DNA of 64,000 bases from Fimbriimonadales bacterium (GCA_041744215.1 JBGTLG010000036.1:1-64000), one strand, 5' to 3'; shown: positions 29,835 through 41,151, numbered from the stretch's first letter. Numbers and translations: made by a program. The notes: generated from the letters alone by a model not told the origin.

Positions 29835-31985
29835 ATGATCGCCTGCCTCGCTTTCCTGACCCAGTTCATTCTCATCCCTATCCCGGAGTCGATCTTGCCG
29901 GAGATCGAGGCTGGGCGGGCGCGGATCAGCGCGACGCGGCACGATCTCGGCGACCCAAAGTACGTCTTCGACGGGCGGGACGACACTGTCTGGAGAACCC
30001 CTTCGATCAATCCAGCGGAGATCGTGATTGAGCTTGAACAGCCGAAAGAGGCGAAGGGCTTTCGGGTGAAGCTGCTCGATGCGAATGAGTACCGGATCGA
30101 AGCCGCAGACTCACTCGTAGACCTTCGCAACCAAGCGGGAAGCTATCGAGATGTTACTGGGCTCCAAGTTTGCACCGACGCGGGCGAAGGCTACGTCGCT
30201 GTTGAACCGCCGGTGCGCGCGAAGGTGTGGAGGCTTTGGGTCAAAAGAACGAAGGGAGACGACTACGTCCACGTGTATGAGTGGCAATTCGCCACTATGG
30301 CGCCGGCAGAAGGTGTGCGCATCGAAATGATCCCGGCTCGGCCAGAGTGGAAGCCGAGCGATGTGGTACCTGATGGGGGTGTGGTGAGGATGCGTGCGTA
30401 TGCATTTCTCGGAGGGGCGTCTGTAGAAGTAACAAGCCGCGGCCGCTGGGAAACGGAAGGATTCGTTGCTTGGCCTGCGGGTGGCGAAAACGCGTTCCGA
30501 GCCGTTGCCGCCGAGAAAGCGACGCTGCGGTTTGTGGCAGGAAACCTGACCGCAGAGAAGTCGTTCGATATCAAGGAGATCCCCTCCACCAACGTGCGCC
30601 CCGACATCGATCTGCTCTTCATAGAGCGCTTGCCCAAGATAAGTTTCGACGCATCTGATGTAGGCAACGGTCCAGGATGGCCTGCGGAAGGAAGCTCCGC
30701 GAGATGGGTCGCGCATATCCGCGCACGAAACAACCCTCCGGCCCTGATACCTTACGAATGGCGAGTAGATGGAGAGATCGTAGAGCGAGGAACAGTCACC
30801 ATTGCAAGGCCGAACGATTATAACGTCTGGATTGAGCGCCCGTGGAAGCAAGCTGGTGAGACGATCACTTTGACGCTGACCCCCCCCGACTGGGATTCCA
30901 ACCCGCACAACAATGCGCGTACTATTCGAACGAACGCGATTTCATTGGGCTTTTGGGTGGAGGAGGGCCTCGCAAATCATTGGCTCTCGCATCAACACAA
31001 GCAAAATGAGAAGAACGAGAGCTTTGAAGACTGGGCTCAGTTCATGGTAGAGCTTTGGAACGAGATGATGGAGAAAGCTGTACATCCAGGCATCTCGCCA
31101 AATGGGCTCACCGATCGGTTTCGATTAGATCGAGTCTGGGTCGTACCAAGCGGATCCCTGCCCTTGAATGGTGGATTACCTAGCAATAACCCGGATTCGA
31201 GTGACAAATCAGTCGACCTCGCATGGGGATTCTGCGTCGATCCGAATGCAACGGTTAGCGAGTATTGGCGATTGCGCGACCACCCAAGATCCGTCTACGA
31301 AAACCCGCCTGCGTTCCTCGCGGATTGGGCACTCATTCACGAACTGCATCATGCGCGATACGTGATCGACAGCTACGGGTTTGACGTACACGCGCCTTCA
31401 ATTCAGTTGGAGATCGATGGTAGCCCCTTGATCGGAGGATTGCTGCCGCAAAACTTTGCGAGATTTAACAAGTACAAGGGCGTGATGGGTGGCGGCATTC
31501 GCGCGATTATCGACGAGTATGTCGCGGGAGCGTTGGAACGTGTCGCTGGCAAAAGGGCTCGAGGCGGCAATATGAACTCGCCGTCGGTCATTGGCGAGTA
31601 CTTGAATGACCTGCCCGACGAAAACGTGTTGCAATTCGTCCTCCCGAGCGGCGCAGCTGCGTCCGGTGCAACAGTTCGCGTTTGGCGAGCGAAACCGAAA
31701 CAGGGAGATTGGTACGGAAAGATCTACTCAGGCGATCCGAACATGGCGATCACTGCTGACGAGTCGGGCCGCATTGCCTTGGGCAAGAATCCTTTCTGGG
31801 AAGGCAAGATTCCACACACGTACGGCCATGCGGCTTCCGTCTTGCTAATCGTAGTGACTCATGGCGGAAATCACTACGTGCACTTTCAAGAGGTCTCCGA
31901 CTTCAACCTCGCTTATTGGAAGGGCGCACGTACCAGCGCAGAGTACAAGGTCACCTTGAAAACTCTGCCGGACGTGAGCGACTGA
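29835..31985 (+). CDS. Exported multidomain protein: discoidin-like, Ig-like and putative zinc metallopeptidase domains
   Basis: FDG..DT.W discoidin-like motif; HELHH (HExxH) followed by IDSY. Confidence 0.75.
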   Translation: MIACLAFLTQFILIPIPESILPEIEAGRARISATRHDLGDPKYVFDGRDDTVWRTPSINPAEIVIELEQPKEAKGFRVKLLDANEYRIEAADSLVDLRNQAGSYRDVTGLQVCTDAGEGYVAVEPPVRAKVWRLWVKRTKGDDYVHVYEWQFATMAPAEGVRIEMIPARPEWKPSDVVPDGGVVRMRAYAFLGGASVEVTSRGRWETEGFVAWPAGGENAFRAVAAEKATLRFVAGNLTAEKSFDIKEIPSTNVRPDIDLLFIERLPKISFDASDVGNGPGWPAEGSSARWVAHIRARNNPPALIPYEWRVDGEIVERGTVTIARPNDYNVWIERPWKQAGETITLTLTPPDWDSNPHNNARTIRTNAISLGFWVEEGLANHWLSHQHKQNEKNESFEDWAQFMVELWNEMMEKAVHPGISPNGLTDRFRLDRVWVVPSGSLPLNGGLPSNNPDSSDKSVDLAWGFCVDPNATVSEYWRLRDHPRSVYENPPAFLADWALIHELHHARYVIDSYGFDVHAPSIQLEIDGSPLIGGLLPQNFARFNKYKGVMGGGIRAIIDEYVAGALERVAGKRARGGNMNSPSVIGEYLNDLPDENVLQFVLPSGAAASGATVRVWRAKPKQGDWYGKIYSGDPNMAITADESGRIALGKNPFWEGKIPHTYGHAASVLLIVVTHGGNHYVHFQEVSDFNLAYWKGARTSAEYKVTLKTLPDVSD

Positions 31986-33379
31986 TGACGGAAGTCGCTG
32001 TCGAAAGGAAACCCGATACTCTTTCGGCGCATAGGATCGTGTGGAATCTGGCGTGGCCAGCCATCGCGCTGAATCTGATGCAGACCGTCAACAGCCTGCT
32101 TGATAGCTACTTCTTGGGCGAAGTTGGTGCAGATGCAATTGCGGCGAGTGGCGCCGCATTCAACATAACGTTTCTATTGATGGGTCTCGCATTCGCGCTG
32201 GGGACTGCGACGACCGCACTCGTCAGTCGGTTTTATGGCGCTGACGAGCATCGCAACATGATTGACGCGAGCCGACAGTCAGTAACGCTGGGTCTAATCA
32301 TTGGCGTCGTGCTGACGCTCGCAGCTTGGACGTGTCTCCCACAACTCGCGGCGATTTTCACAGATCGCGATGGTCCAGTCTACACGGAACTGATGCGGTA
32401 CGTGGCCCCTGCGCTGATAGGTGTTCCTGCGACATTTTTGTTCGCAATAGTCGCCGCAAGTCTGCGTGCCATCGGTGATACGAAGCGGCCGATGTACGTT
32501 TCGGGAGCGCAGATCGTGCTCCACATTATTCTCAACTACCTGTTGATCTTTCCAACGCGAGTTGTCGACTTCAATGGGTGGGAGTTCACAGTACCGGGCG
32601 CAGACATGGGAATTGCAGGAGCGGGCTGGTCGATTGCGATCAGCGCATGGTTCGCGGCGATTGTGTACCTTCCTGTTGCGAGCAAGACAATCCTTGGTCC
32701 AGTTTGGAAACTGCAATGGCTTGCGCTTTCTTGGGTAAAGCGCGTCGTGCGAATCGCAATCCCGGCGAGCGTGTCTGCGCTCATTCGTATCGTTAGCATG
32801 GCGTCCTTCATGCTTGTCCTGAAGCACACGGCAGAAGGCGAGCGCGTCTATGGTGCGGTCCGTGTCGGGTTCGCAATGGAAAGCATTGCATTCATGCCAG
32901 CGTTTGGATACATGATCGCAGCGTCGGCGTTGGTTGGCCAGAGTCTCGGTATGAAGGATCCACAGCGCGCAGAGCGATTGGCTTCGGCTGCGGCCAAGCA
33001 AACAACGTACATCATCGCGGTGCTCTCGGTCCTCTTCTTCATTTTTGCACCATGGTTTGCCGACATCTTCTTGCGAGACGAAGTTCAGCACCAGGCCGCT
33101 ACCAACTATCTTCGCATCATCGCGATCACCGAGGTGCTATTCGGCATTGGCGTCGTCTATACGGGCGCACTCCAAGGAGCTGGAGACACTCTGCGCCCGA
33201 CAATCGTTACGCTCGTGGTCCAGCTTGGTTTGCGCGCGCCAGCGGCCTGGTTCTTCGCCGTCTATCTGGGTCACAACTCGACGGCAGCGTGGTGGGTCAT
33301 GTCGGTAACTCAGGCGATTAGCGGCGTCCTCCTGTACTGGCTCTTCAAGCAAGGCAAGTGGAAGGACAAGAAGGTCTAA
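31985..33379 (+). CDS. MATE family efflux transporter
   Basis: LAWP, LRAIGDTK.P, GAGDT..P, about 12 TM. Confidence 0.95.
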   Translation: MTEVAVERKPDTLSAHRIVWNLAWPAIALNLMQTVNSLLDSYFLGEVGADAIAASGAAFNITFLLMGLAFALGTATTALVSRFYGADEHRNMIDASRQSVTLGLIIGVVLTLAAWTCLPQLAAIFTDRDGPVYTELMRYVAPALIGVPATFLFAIVAASLRAIGDTKRPMYVSGAQIVLHIILNYLLIFPTRVVDFNGWEFTVPGADMGIAGAGWSIAISAWFAAIVYLPVASKTILGPVWKLQWLALSWVKRVVRIAIPASVSALIRIVSMASFMLVLKHTAEGERVYGAVRVGFAMESIAFMPAFGYMIAASALVGQSLGMKDPQRAERLASAAAKQTTYIIAVLSVLFFIFAPWFADIFLRDEVQHQAATNYLRIIAITEVLFGIGVVYTGALQGAGDTLRPTIVTLVVQLGLRAPAAWFFAVYLGHNSTAAWWVMSVTQAISGVLLYWLFKQGKWKDKKV

Positions 33380-35991
33380 CGTGCTACAACTTTGACTGTG
33401 CCGGTTATCGGGCCAACGAATCCACTCACGGTGCATCCTTCGTTCTTGATTTCAACATGAAGCGGACGCCCATCGACTGTCGCCGATGCTTTCTTGTAAC
33501 GCCCGCTTTCGATCAGAAGCACAATGTCAGAGACGTCAAGTGCGCCGTTTTTCACTTCGATGTTGACGATAAGATCGTTTTCCTGCTTCGTGATGTCGAC
33601 CGTCCCGTATCCCTTTACAAACGTGAAGAATGCACGGAGATGCTCCTTCGGCCAATTCGGAGCGAAGCCAAGTCGCTTGTTGCGTAGATCGACGTGGACT
33701 CCCGTTGCTGCGAGCAATAGCGAGTACGCACTGAGCGGCCGGACGTAATGATCTCCGCATTCGATTTCGTTGAAGGGATTTCTGTGGGAGCCCGAGTAAC
33801 GATCGCGCGCAGCTTTGACGATTTGTAGAGCCTGATCGGTCATGCCTTCGTAGATCATCAAGCTCGCGAGTGCATACTCGACGCCCGACCAAACTTCATC
33901 AGAGTAGAGCAATGGAACCGCCGGCCGCTGCCCCTCTTCGTACGTCGCATTGAGAAGCCCCCGATCGTTCTCCATCGCAAACTGGCGCGGTGTCTGCACG
34001 ACGCCCACGAAGTTCTCCCGGAAGTTGCGGATGAAGATGGACTGGAGCGCTGCGCGAACTCGATCCTTCGGCAGTACATAGCCCAATCCGCAAACGTGAG
34101 CCCACCATTGGCCGAGCAGTTGATCTGACGCGCACCCATCACCGAACTGGTGCTCGTATCGATCCATCTCAACAACTTGGCGATAGTACTCGCCATTCCA
34201 ACAAGTCTCGTCATAGAGCTTAGTTCCCGAGTCAAATCTGCGCCGACACTCATCCGCCAGGTCTGGAAACATCTTCTCGCAGGCAAGCAGCGACGCTAGA
34301 TACATCGATCCGATAAACGTGTTGGGTCCATAGAGATGAATGTCGTACGTGTTGGGCTGCTCCCCTCGGATCAACCCGTCTCCCTCGTCGTCGTACTTTT
34401 CCATAGCGTATGAAATCGCTGCGCGCGCACGCACTAACAGTTCGTCAATCTGACTGCCTGATGTCATACACCACTGTTGGTAAGTCTTCAGGATTCCTGC
34501 AAACAACCCATCGGCGGCGGGATTCGTCGGTCCGCCAATGGGCATGTCCCACAACCGCTTCAGATAGAGCGGCAAGATAACTCGGTGCGGAAGATAGCCA
34601 CTTTCGTTCTGGTTCTCCAACCAGTCGACCTCACGCATTCGCAAGTGAAGGTCTGGAAACAGATGAGCCAGCGTTTGGTCGTAGCCCCATACATGCGTGC
34701 AGTTCATCGGGCAGCAGCCGCCTGCTGCATACACGCCTCCCGCGGATGCTCCGCAGCCTCCCTCGAAGCCGTAAAAGTGACCATCTTCTGTGCGAATGCA
34801 AATCGACGTCCGCAAAGTCGAACTGTTCGCGGTGATAGCGTCAATAAGGTGGTAGGGCAAGTTAGAGTCATAGAATGCCGCGCGGTATGCGATCGTCCCT
34901 TCTTCAAGCTGAGGTCGGCTTTGAATCTGTTCTACGGCAGCCGCTGCAGATGAAAATCTCTTTGCATACTCGTTGCCCAGGTAGAAGCGAGACTGGTCGC
35001 GTGGAACGATCTCTTCCTTTTGACCAAAATCAACATATCGATTTGGGAACCGCCATGCGTACAAGAACCGAACACGTGCCTTTTCCCCCGGCTCAATGAT
35101 CCGTTTTTCACAGAGTGCTCCGTTCCAAGTCGTCATAGTCGGACTTGGCATCTCAATAGCGGAGGCTTCGATTTTCCCGTCAGCGAAAAAGTCTTCCCAA
35201 AGCGCGGGAAGGCGGTTCCACTGCGCGCACGCAGTAACGTGCTTTCCGTCGCACGCCAGGACTAACTCGCCGTTGTGCGGGTGATCCCTAGTCAGGCCCA
35301 GGTTAAACATCTCGATCGAAGACATTTCGCCCACCGCCGACACCCGGTTGACGTTGGTGCCATAAGACTGATTGGAGACGCCTCGGATCGGACTTCGCCC
35401 ATCCCATCCCACTAAGTTCTGGAGCGATCCCAAGAGGCTGACGGAAATCGGGCGCTGCGCTCTGCTGCGCACCTCAAAGTCAAAAATCGCGACAGGCATC
35501 CCGCTCGATTCCGAATCGAAGGGGACAAGTGGCGACCAAGCTGTCAGATCGCACGCGACTGGCAAATCGCCCAGCGAATATTCGATACGTGCAATTGGAT
35601 ACTCGCCGGAAAACCGAGTCCCTTCAGCGAGGGGATAGCCGGCGAAAGCACGCCGGTGCTCAAATGGAACGTAGTGATCCGAAACGAGCGGCGCAGGCTC
35701 ATGCGTCGGCTCATTCCAGAAGTTGTCGGTCATAAGGATGCGTGCAGCTTGCTTAGACCAACTCTCCTCAACGCGCAACGCGAAGAAGCCAAACGGAACG
35801 TACGCGACATGCTGAATGTTATTCGATATCTGCCATTGCCGCAGGCTTCCGTCTCCACAAATGCAAAGGTGACCTGTCCCAATTCCTCCGAGAGGCATGG
35901 CGATGCACCGTCGATCGGCATCTTGATACGATTTTCGGTCGCTGCCGTCCCATACGGTTTGCAGCCAAGTGGGCGTGCTGAGTCTTCCCAT
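33376..35991 (-). CDS. GH116 glycoside hydrolase (non-lysosomal glucosylceramidase-like)
   Basis: MPLGGIGTG, CTHVW, NTYD, DQLLGQW, EVWSGVEY, NPFNEIECG.HY.R. Confidence 0.92.
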   Translation of the reverse strand: MGRLSTPTWLQTVWDGSDRKSYQDADRRCIAMPLGGIGTGHLCICGDGSLRQWQISNNIQHVAYVPFGFFALRVEESWSKQAARILMTDNFWNEPTHEPAPLVSDHYVPFEHRRAFAGYPLAEGTRFSGEYPIARIEYSLGDLPVACDLTAWSPLVPFDSESSGMPVAIFDFEVRSRAQRPISVSLLGSLQNLVGWDGRSPIRGVSNQSYGTNVNRVSAVGEMSSIEMFNLGLTRDHPHNGELVLACDGKHVTACAQWNRLPALWEDFFADGKIEASAIEMPSPTMTTWNGALCEKRIIEPGEKARVRFLYAWRFPNRYVDFGQKEEIVPRDQSRFYLGNEYAKRFSSAAAAVEQIQSRPQLEEGTIAYRAAFYDSNLPYHLIDAITANSSTLRTSICIRTEDGHFYGFEGGCGASAGGVYAAGGCCPMNCTHVWGYDQTLAHLFPDLHLRMREVDWLENQNESGYLPHRVILPLYLKRLWDMPIGGPTNPAADGLFAGILKTYQQWCMTSGSQIDELLVRARAAISYAMEKYDDEGDGLIRGEQPNTYDIHLYGPNTFIGSMYLASLLACEKMFPDLADECRRRFDSGTKLYDETCWNGEYYRQVVEMDRYEHQFGDGCASDQLLGQWWAHVCGLGYVLPKDRVRAALQSIFIRNFRENFVGVVQTPRQFAMENDRGLLNATYEEGQRPAVPLLYSDEVWSGVEYALASLMIYEGMTDQALQIVKAARDRYSGSHRNPFNEIECGDHYVRPLSAYSLLLAATGVHVDLRNKRLGFAPNWPKEHLRAFFTFVKGYGTVDITKQENDLIVNIEVKNGALDVSDIVLLIESGRYKKASATVDGRPLHVEIKNEGCTVSGFVGPITGTVKVVAR

Positions 35992-36030
35992 CGCAAGCCT
36001 GTTTCGCCGCAAGAGGGTAGATTCCCTGCC

Positions 36031-36876
36031 ATGTCTCGTCGAATTGGCGCACACATGCCCACAGCAGGCGGTCTTCACAACGCAGTGCGCAACGGCCACG
36101 CGATCGGCTGCACAGCGATCCAGGTCTTTACAAGCAGCCCTCAGCAATGGAAAGCGAAGGAGATAACCGATGAAATCGCGCAGCAGTTTCAAGCTGCCGT
36201 CGCGGAGACTGGGATGGATGCCCTTATCTCTCATGATTCTTACCTGGTCAACTTAGCCGCATCTAATGAAGAGATTCGGGTCAAGAGTGAAGCCGCGCTG
36301 GCAGCCGAGATGAACCGGTGTGCAAAGCTCGGTATTCCGACAGTCGTTTCGCACATGGGATCGCACTTGGGACAGGGAGAGGAAGTCGGCCTTCAGATGA
36401 TCGCTGAGAGTGCGGCGCGAATTCTACAGAAGACCGACGACAGCGTCTCGATCGCGATGGAGACCACGGCCGGACAGGGCTCGAACATGGGCTACAAGTT
36501 TGAACACCTTCGATCGATCATTGACGCAAACCACGGGAGCCCAAGGCTTCGGGTCTGTCTCGACACCTGTCACATTTTTGTGGCGGGCTACGATATTCGA
36601 AACAAGAGTGCTTATGACAAGACGATAGAGGAGTTCGACCGCGTCGTCGGCCTGGAAAGACTTGCATGCATTCATGCTAACGACTCGAAAAACCCACTCG
36701 GCTCCAAGAAGGATCGGCACGAACACATTGGTAAGGGCGAGATAGGGATCGAGGCGTTTCGGCTGCTCGTAAACGACGCTCGACTTGCGCATGCTCCTAT
36801 CGTGGTCGAAACACCTGACGCCGACACCATGCACGCCGAGAACGTCCGCTTGCTGGTTTCGATTTTGGGTAAGTAG
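36031..36876 (+). CDS. nfo: Endonuclease IV
   Basis: IGAH, HDSYLVNLA, ETTAGQG, CLDTCH, HANDSK, DRHEHIG. Confidence 0.97.
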   Translation: MSRRIGAHMPTAGGLHNAVRNGHAIGCTAIQVFTSSPQQWKAKEITDEIAQQFQAAVAETGMDALISHDSYLVNLAASNEEIRVKSEAALAAEMNRCAKLGIPTVVSHMGSHLGQGEEVGLQMIAESAARILQKTDDSVSIAMETTAGQGSNMGYKFEHLRSIIDANHGSPRLRVCLDTCHIFVAGYDIRNKSAYDKTIEEFDRVVGLERLACIHANDSKNPLGSKKDRHEHIGKGEIGIEAFRLLVNDARLAHAPIVVETPDADTMHAENVRLLVSILGK

Positions 36877-36893
36877 GGCAAAATAGCGTTACC

Positions 36894-37199
36894 ATGCCCG
36901 ATGAAGGAAAGAGCCAGCAGGAGTCGCTTGAGCCGTTGAGTGTTTACGCGCTAATCGCCATCTCATTCGAGCAGTTTGTGGCGCTCGCGTGGCAGAAGAT
37001 GGGGCTACAACCAGACCCCATCACGCACAAGATGGATCGGAACATCCCGCAAGCCAAAGTTGCGATTGACATCGCATCCAGACTTGCAGAAGCGCTTGAC
37101 TCAGAGTTGCCCGCCGACGAACGGCGCAGGTATCAGAACCTTATGACTGACCTCAAAATTAACTTGGTACGCCAAGCAGATGGCGACAAGAAGGATTAG
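36894..37199 (+). CDS. DUF1844 family protein
   Basis: AWQKMGL.PDP.T......QAK.AID. Confidence 0.85.
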   Translation: MPDEGKSQQESLEPLSVYALIAISFEQFVALAWQKMGLQPDPITHKMDRNIPQAKVAIDIASRLAEALDSELPADERRRYQNLMTDLKINLVRQADGDKKD

Positions 37200-37200
37200 G

Positions 37201-37578
37201 TTAATCCTTGAACAGGTCTTCGATCCAGTCGACGAGCTTCCTGTCGCGGCCATAGATCGGCCGCATCTTTACAAAGCCCCAGCTTCCGTGCCTATCGATC
37301 CAAATCTCTTCGAAGGGCTTCTTATCGCCTGCATTTCGCCAAAACTCGACGCGATAGGGGGGTGTCCCTGCCGTCTTACGATTGGGGTCAACATCAATCT
37401 TGAACATTCGTGCGAAGGATTTGATCCGGTCAGATGTCGTGAATGTCAGTGGATCCTTGCCCGATTTGTGAACCACGAGCTTCGTCGCGAGCGGCAGCTT
37501 GGCGATTCGCATAGTTGGATTTGCATATCCGATCGCAAACACGGCGATGATGATGCTAAGGCCGATAAGTTTCTTCAT
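37201..37578 (-). CDS. Small secreted hypothetical protein
   Basis: MKKLIGLSIIIAVFAIGYA signal; ATGA overlap with upstream gene. Confidence 0.8.
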   Translation of the reverse strand: MKKLIGLSIIIAVFAIGYANPTMRIAKLPLATKLVVHKSGKDPLTFTTSDRIKSFARMFKIDVDPNRKTAGTPPYRVEFWRNAGDKKPFEEIWIDRHGSWGFVKMRPIYGRDRKLVDWIEDLFKD

Positions 37579-37847
37579 TCAAGTCTCTCCTTGACAAGTT
37601 TGTTCAGTTGGTCTTGATTCATACCACCAATGTGGACCGATTTGTTACGGGATGTCGACCCGGAGGCAATCTCAATACGGGATTTTGGCACAGCGAGAGC
37701 TTTGCTCAGCGTCTCGATCACGGCAGTATTCGCCTGGCCATCGGCTGGCGCCGCCGTCACAAAGACCTTCACAATCTCGCCGTCCCGAACTGCCTGATTC
37801 CGTGATGCCCGCGGCGTCACCCGAACTTTCAAGCTTGCGTCAGCCAC
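37575..37847 (-). CDS. DUF167 / YggU family protein
   Basis: VRVTPRA, APADGQAN, G.TSRNK. Confidence 0.9.
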   Translation of the reverse strand: MADASLKVRVTPRASRNQAVRDGEIVKVFVTAAPADGQANTAVIETLSKALAVPKSRIEIASGSTSRNKSVHIGGMNQDQLNKLVKERLE

Positions 37848-38301
37848 TTGCAGCTGTCTTTTCCTCGATCGCGACAACAGCCTGCTCTGGCGTAGCGAGC
37901 TTCTCATAGAAGGAGTCAAGGAAGCTCCGGATCTGTGCGACAAACGCCGCCTTCTCAGAACGCAAGCGCTCGATCTCTGCGACGACTTGAAGCCGACTGA
38001 GTTCGGCTTCCCTCAAGATAAGTTCCGCCTCTTTCCGTGCGTTCGCACGAACTTCTTCCGCGGCTCCTTGAGCAACTATGATCGCATCTTTGACCTGGTT
38101 CTCGATTTCTGCAAGCCGAGTCCGATCGGATTCGGCAGTGGCAAGCCGGTCCTTCAAAACGCGAGCTTCACGCTCGAGTGTTTCGATTTCAGCAGCCACA
38201 CGTTCCAGAAACGCTCGAACCTCAGCAGTGTTGTAACCTTTTAGCGATGAAGAAAATTCCTTTTTCTCGATGTCGAGTGCCGTAATCCGTGGCTTGCTCA
38301 T
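37840..38301 (-). CDS. divIVA: DivIVA domain protein
   Basis: ITALDI..KEF....KGY...EV..FL followed by coiled coil. Confidence 0.92.
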   Translation of the reverse strand: MSKPRITALDIEKKEFSSSLKGYNTAEVRAFLERVAAEIETLEREARVLKDRLATAESDRTRLAEIENQVKDAIIVAQGAAEEVRANARKEAELILREAELSRLQVVAEIERLRSEKAAFVAQIRSFLDSFYEKLATPEQAVVAIEEKTAASG

Positions 38302-38908
38302 CGCGAACGTTGCCTCCCTTGAGTTTTTCCTTTAGGCGGTTCAGATTTACCAGTGCAGACCGATCGTCCGGCGAACGCTGGAGCCTAGTCTCGACGACTC
38401 GAATCGCTTCGTTGATCAGCCCCATCTCTTCGTAGGATTTCATCAGCATCACAAAGATGCCGATGCTGCGCGTTGTTGGTAGGAATGGTTCAAGAATGGG
38501 CGGTATCCGATCCCAAAGCTTCTGGTAACGATAGATGTCAGCCTCAGTCTCTACGCCGACTTCATCAACCGGATTCGTGGAGCGAAACCGCAGCGACTGC
38601 GTAATCGCAAGATCGAATCGCCCAGTGCTGCGCAGATAGAAGACAAGGTCGCTGTTGATCGATCCATCTCGGGGATTTGCACCAAGCCGAATCGTCAGCA
38701 GTGAGATCACCTCGTGATACTGTCCGTCGTGGTAGTACCGATCGGCTCGCAGTGCGATCTCGTTGTCGTACATGTCGTAGATTTGGCCAGCGCGGCGCTC
38801 ACCCGGGGGGGCGAGGCGGCCAACGTCCTTCGGTTCCTCGTGAGAATGGTCCGGCTGCGCCAATCCTAGGACGGGGGCCAGCGCAAGCACAGCGACCCAG
38901 CGCCTCAT
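38222..38908 (-). CDS. Exported TPR-like protein
   Basis: Signal peptide, helical repeats; 3' end overlaps divIVA by 80 nt. Confidence 0.75.
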   Translation of the reverse strand: MRRWVAVLALAPVLGLAQPDHSHEEPKDVGRLAPPGERRAGQIYDMYDNEIALRADRYYHDGQYHEVISLLTIRLGANPRDGSINSDLVFYLRSTGRFDLAITQSLRFRSTNPVDEVGVETEADIYRYQKLWDRIPPILEPFLPTTRSIGIFVMLMKSYEEMGLINEAIRVVETRLQRSPDDRSALVNLNRLKEKLKGGNVRDEQATDYGTRHREKGIFFIAKRLQHC

Positions 38909-40347
38909 CGCTCAAGCTCCTGTAGCAATACTCGGCTGACTATCTCGGGATTTGCTTTACCTTGTGACCTTTTCATGATTTGTCCGACCAGGAAGCCCTG
39001 AATACTCGTTTTGCCTTCCTTATACTTTTGGACGGCTTCGGGGTTCTGATTCATCGCATCAATTACGAATTCCCTGATTTCAGTCTCGTCGGTGATCTGG
39101 GCGAGTCCATCCTGACTGACGATCCTCGAAGGCAAATCGCCGGAAGAGAACGCCTTAGAAAAGACCTCTTTTGCCTGCTTGCCGTTGATCCGGTTCCCTT
39201 TCAGCACACTCACAAGGTCAACGAGGTGAGCTGGAGTGACCTTCGACGCCCGCGCGGAGAGACCCTCTTCGTTCAGCATGGCCAGGAAGTCGGAGTTCAT
39301 CCAGTTGCACACCAACTTGGGATCTCCTCCAGCCTCGACCGCCTCGTCGTAGTACTCCGCCCACCCGCGATCCTCGGTGATCAGCAGCCCTGCGTCGTAG
39401 GCACCCAGGCCATGCTCCTCCATGTACCTCTTCCTGCGAGCCATCGGCAACTCGGGCAGCCCAGCCCGGATCCCCTCGACGTGTTCCTCGTCAAACTCCA
39501 TTGGCGGCAAATCCGGGTCTGGGAAGTAGCGGTAGTCATGCTCCCGCTCCTTCATTCGCATTGGAAAGCTTTTCTGACCCGCCTCGTCCCAGCCGCGTGT
39601 CTCCTGATGGAGGATGCCTCCCGATTCCAAGGTTGTGATCATTCGCTCAGTCTCGTACTCGATCCCGAGACTAACTGCCTTGAATGAGCCAAGGTTTTTT
39701 AGCTCCGCTTTCGTTCCCAATTCGCTCGCGCCTTCCTTCGCTACTGATATGTTCGGCTCGCAACGAAAACTGCCCTGCTCCATTCTCCCGTCCGAAACCT
39801 CGAGGTGAATGAGCGTTAGCCGCAGATAGTGGAGGTACTCCCTTGCGTCTTCCGAGGAGTGAATGTCTGGAGGAAATGCCGTTACGATCTCCATCAGCGG
39901 GACGCCCGCCCGATTGAAGTCAACGCCGGCTTTGCCGCCTGGGAGGTGCATAAGCTTGCCAGTGTCTTCTTCAAGGTGGATTCTCTGAATTTGAACCTGC
40001 CTGACGCTATCCCCAGAGGGAATCTCGATCCAGCCGTGATAGCCGATCGGATTCGTTTCTCCGTACTGACTGACCTGATACCCTTTCGGCAGATCTGGAT
40101 AGAAGTAGTTTTTGCGATGAAAGACGCTTCGCATCGCGATTGAGCAGTTGAGCGCGAGCGCTGTCCGTAGCACATGCTCGACCGCCTGCCGATTGATGAC
40201 CGGCAGACTCCCGGGGAGTCCCAGACACACCGGGCAGACGCGAGTATTGACCTCCCCCCCGAAAGTGCTCGGACAGCGGCAAAACATCTTGCTCTTGGTG
40301 AGGAGTTCGGCGTGAACCTCCATGCCCACGCTCGTTACATATCCCAT
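38905..40347 (-). CDS. gatB: Asp-tRNA(Asn)/Glu-tRNA(Gln) amidotransferase subunit B
   Basis: [51 protein letters not shown]. Confidence 0.98.
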   Translation of the reverse strand: MGYVTSVGMEVHAELLTKSKMFCRCPSTFGGEVNTRVCPVCLGLPGSLPVINRQAVEHVLRTALALNCSIAMRSVFHRKNYFYPDLPKGYQVSQYGETNPIGYHGWIEIPSGDSVRQVQIQRIHLEEDTGKLMHLPGGKAGVDFNRAGVPLMEIVTAFPPDIHSSEDAREYLHYLRLTLIHLEVSDGRMEQGSFRCEPNISVAKEGASELGTKAELKNLGSFKAVSLGIEYETERMITTLESGGILHQETRGWDEAGQKSFPMRMKEREHDYRYFPDPDLPPMEFDEEHVEGIRAGLPELPMARRKRYMEEHGLGAYDAGLLITEDRGWAEYYDEAVEAGGDPKLVCNWMNSDFLAMLNEEGLSARASKVTPAHLVDLVSVLKGNRINGKQAKEVFSKAFSSGDLPSRIVSQDGLAQITDETEIREFVIDAMNQNPEAVQKYKEGKTSIQGFLVGQIMKRSQGKANPEIVSRVLLQELER

Positions 40348-40467
40348 CTAGGCAATTTTGACACCTTGCGCGCGATTTACTGCCCACACCGGCATGAAAG
40401 TCGTGATAAGATGGACTGTGTGTGCTCATAGCTTAGGCTAAAGCCCACGGCATAAGGAGAACTCAAC

Positions 40468-41145
40468 ATGTCAGTTAAGAAAATTGCGATACCCTTGTTT
40501 CTCGTCGTTGCGCCGGTGCTAGGTGCCGCCCAATGGGTCGAAGGTAGCAGAAGCCTGTTGACAGGCGCGAACTCGCTCTTCGGGCCGACTGGTTTGATCG
40601 TGATCCCTACCGCCTACACCGTCGAGAAGAACATGTTCGCGGTGAGCGGCTCCTTCGGCAAAAACATGCGAGGGCCTGCCGCCAACTTCGGCATCCTCGA
40701 TTTTATTGAGATCGGCGGCGCGTTCATTGATCGTGAAGGCGCATCCAACAAAGCGATCGCGAACGGCAAGGTCACGATTCTGCCTCAGAACTTCAAAAAC
40801 TTTGAAATCGGCATCGGCGTTATCGATGCGCTCGACGCGATCGGTCGTACTCTTTACGTCGTCGGAAGTGCCGACTTCATCCCGCCGAACATAGACGAGC
40901 CAATCGCAGGGACGCCGCCTGTCGGGTTCAAAGTCCATGCAGGAGTTGGATCGGGAATGTTTAACGAGGAGCTGTTTGCGGGCGCAGAGGTCCTCTTCGG
41001 GAACAAGTTCAGCCTGATTGGCGAGTGGGACACGAGCAACTTCAACGGCGCGGTTCGATACAGTCCAAATGAGCAGGTGCGAATTCAGTTTGGATTCATG
41101 AAGACCGATCTGTTCTTCGGTATCACCGGCAAGTTCCGGATGTAG
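40468..41145 (+). CDS. Outer-membrane beta-barrel protein, YjbH-like N-terminal motif
   Basis: Signal peptide; G.TGLI.IPTA motif; amphipathic strands; AAGGAG SD. Confidence 0.75.
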   Translation: MSVKKIAIPLFLVVAPVLGAAQWVEGSRSLLTGANSLFGPTGLIVIPTAYTVEKNMFAVSGSFGKNMRGPAANFGILDFIEIGGAFIDREGASNKAIANGKVTILPQNFKNFEIGIGVIDALDAIGRTLYVVGSADFIPPNIDEPIAGTPPVGFKVHAGVGSGMFNEELFAGAEVLFGNKFSLIGEWDTSNFNGAVRYSPNEQVRIQFGFMKTDLFFGITGKFRM

Positions 41146-41151
41146 GCGATT

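Noticed and set aside
35656-36234. Long N-terminal extensions of nfo and GH116 in the track
   Set aside because: They overlap each other; family motifs begin at 36031 and about 35991.
38222-38301. 80-nt overlap of the TPR gene with divIVA as a recoding signal
   Set aside because: No slippery site or structure seen; simple stop-codon drift explains it.
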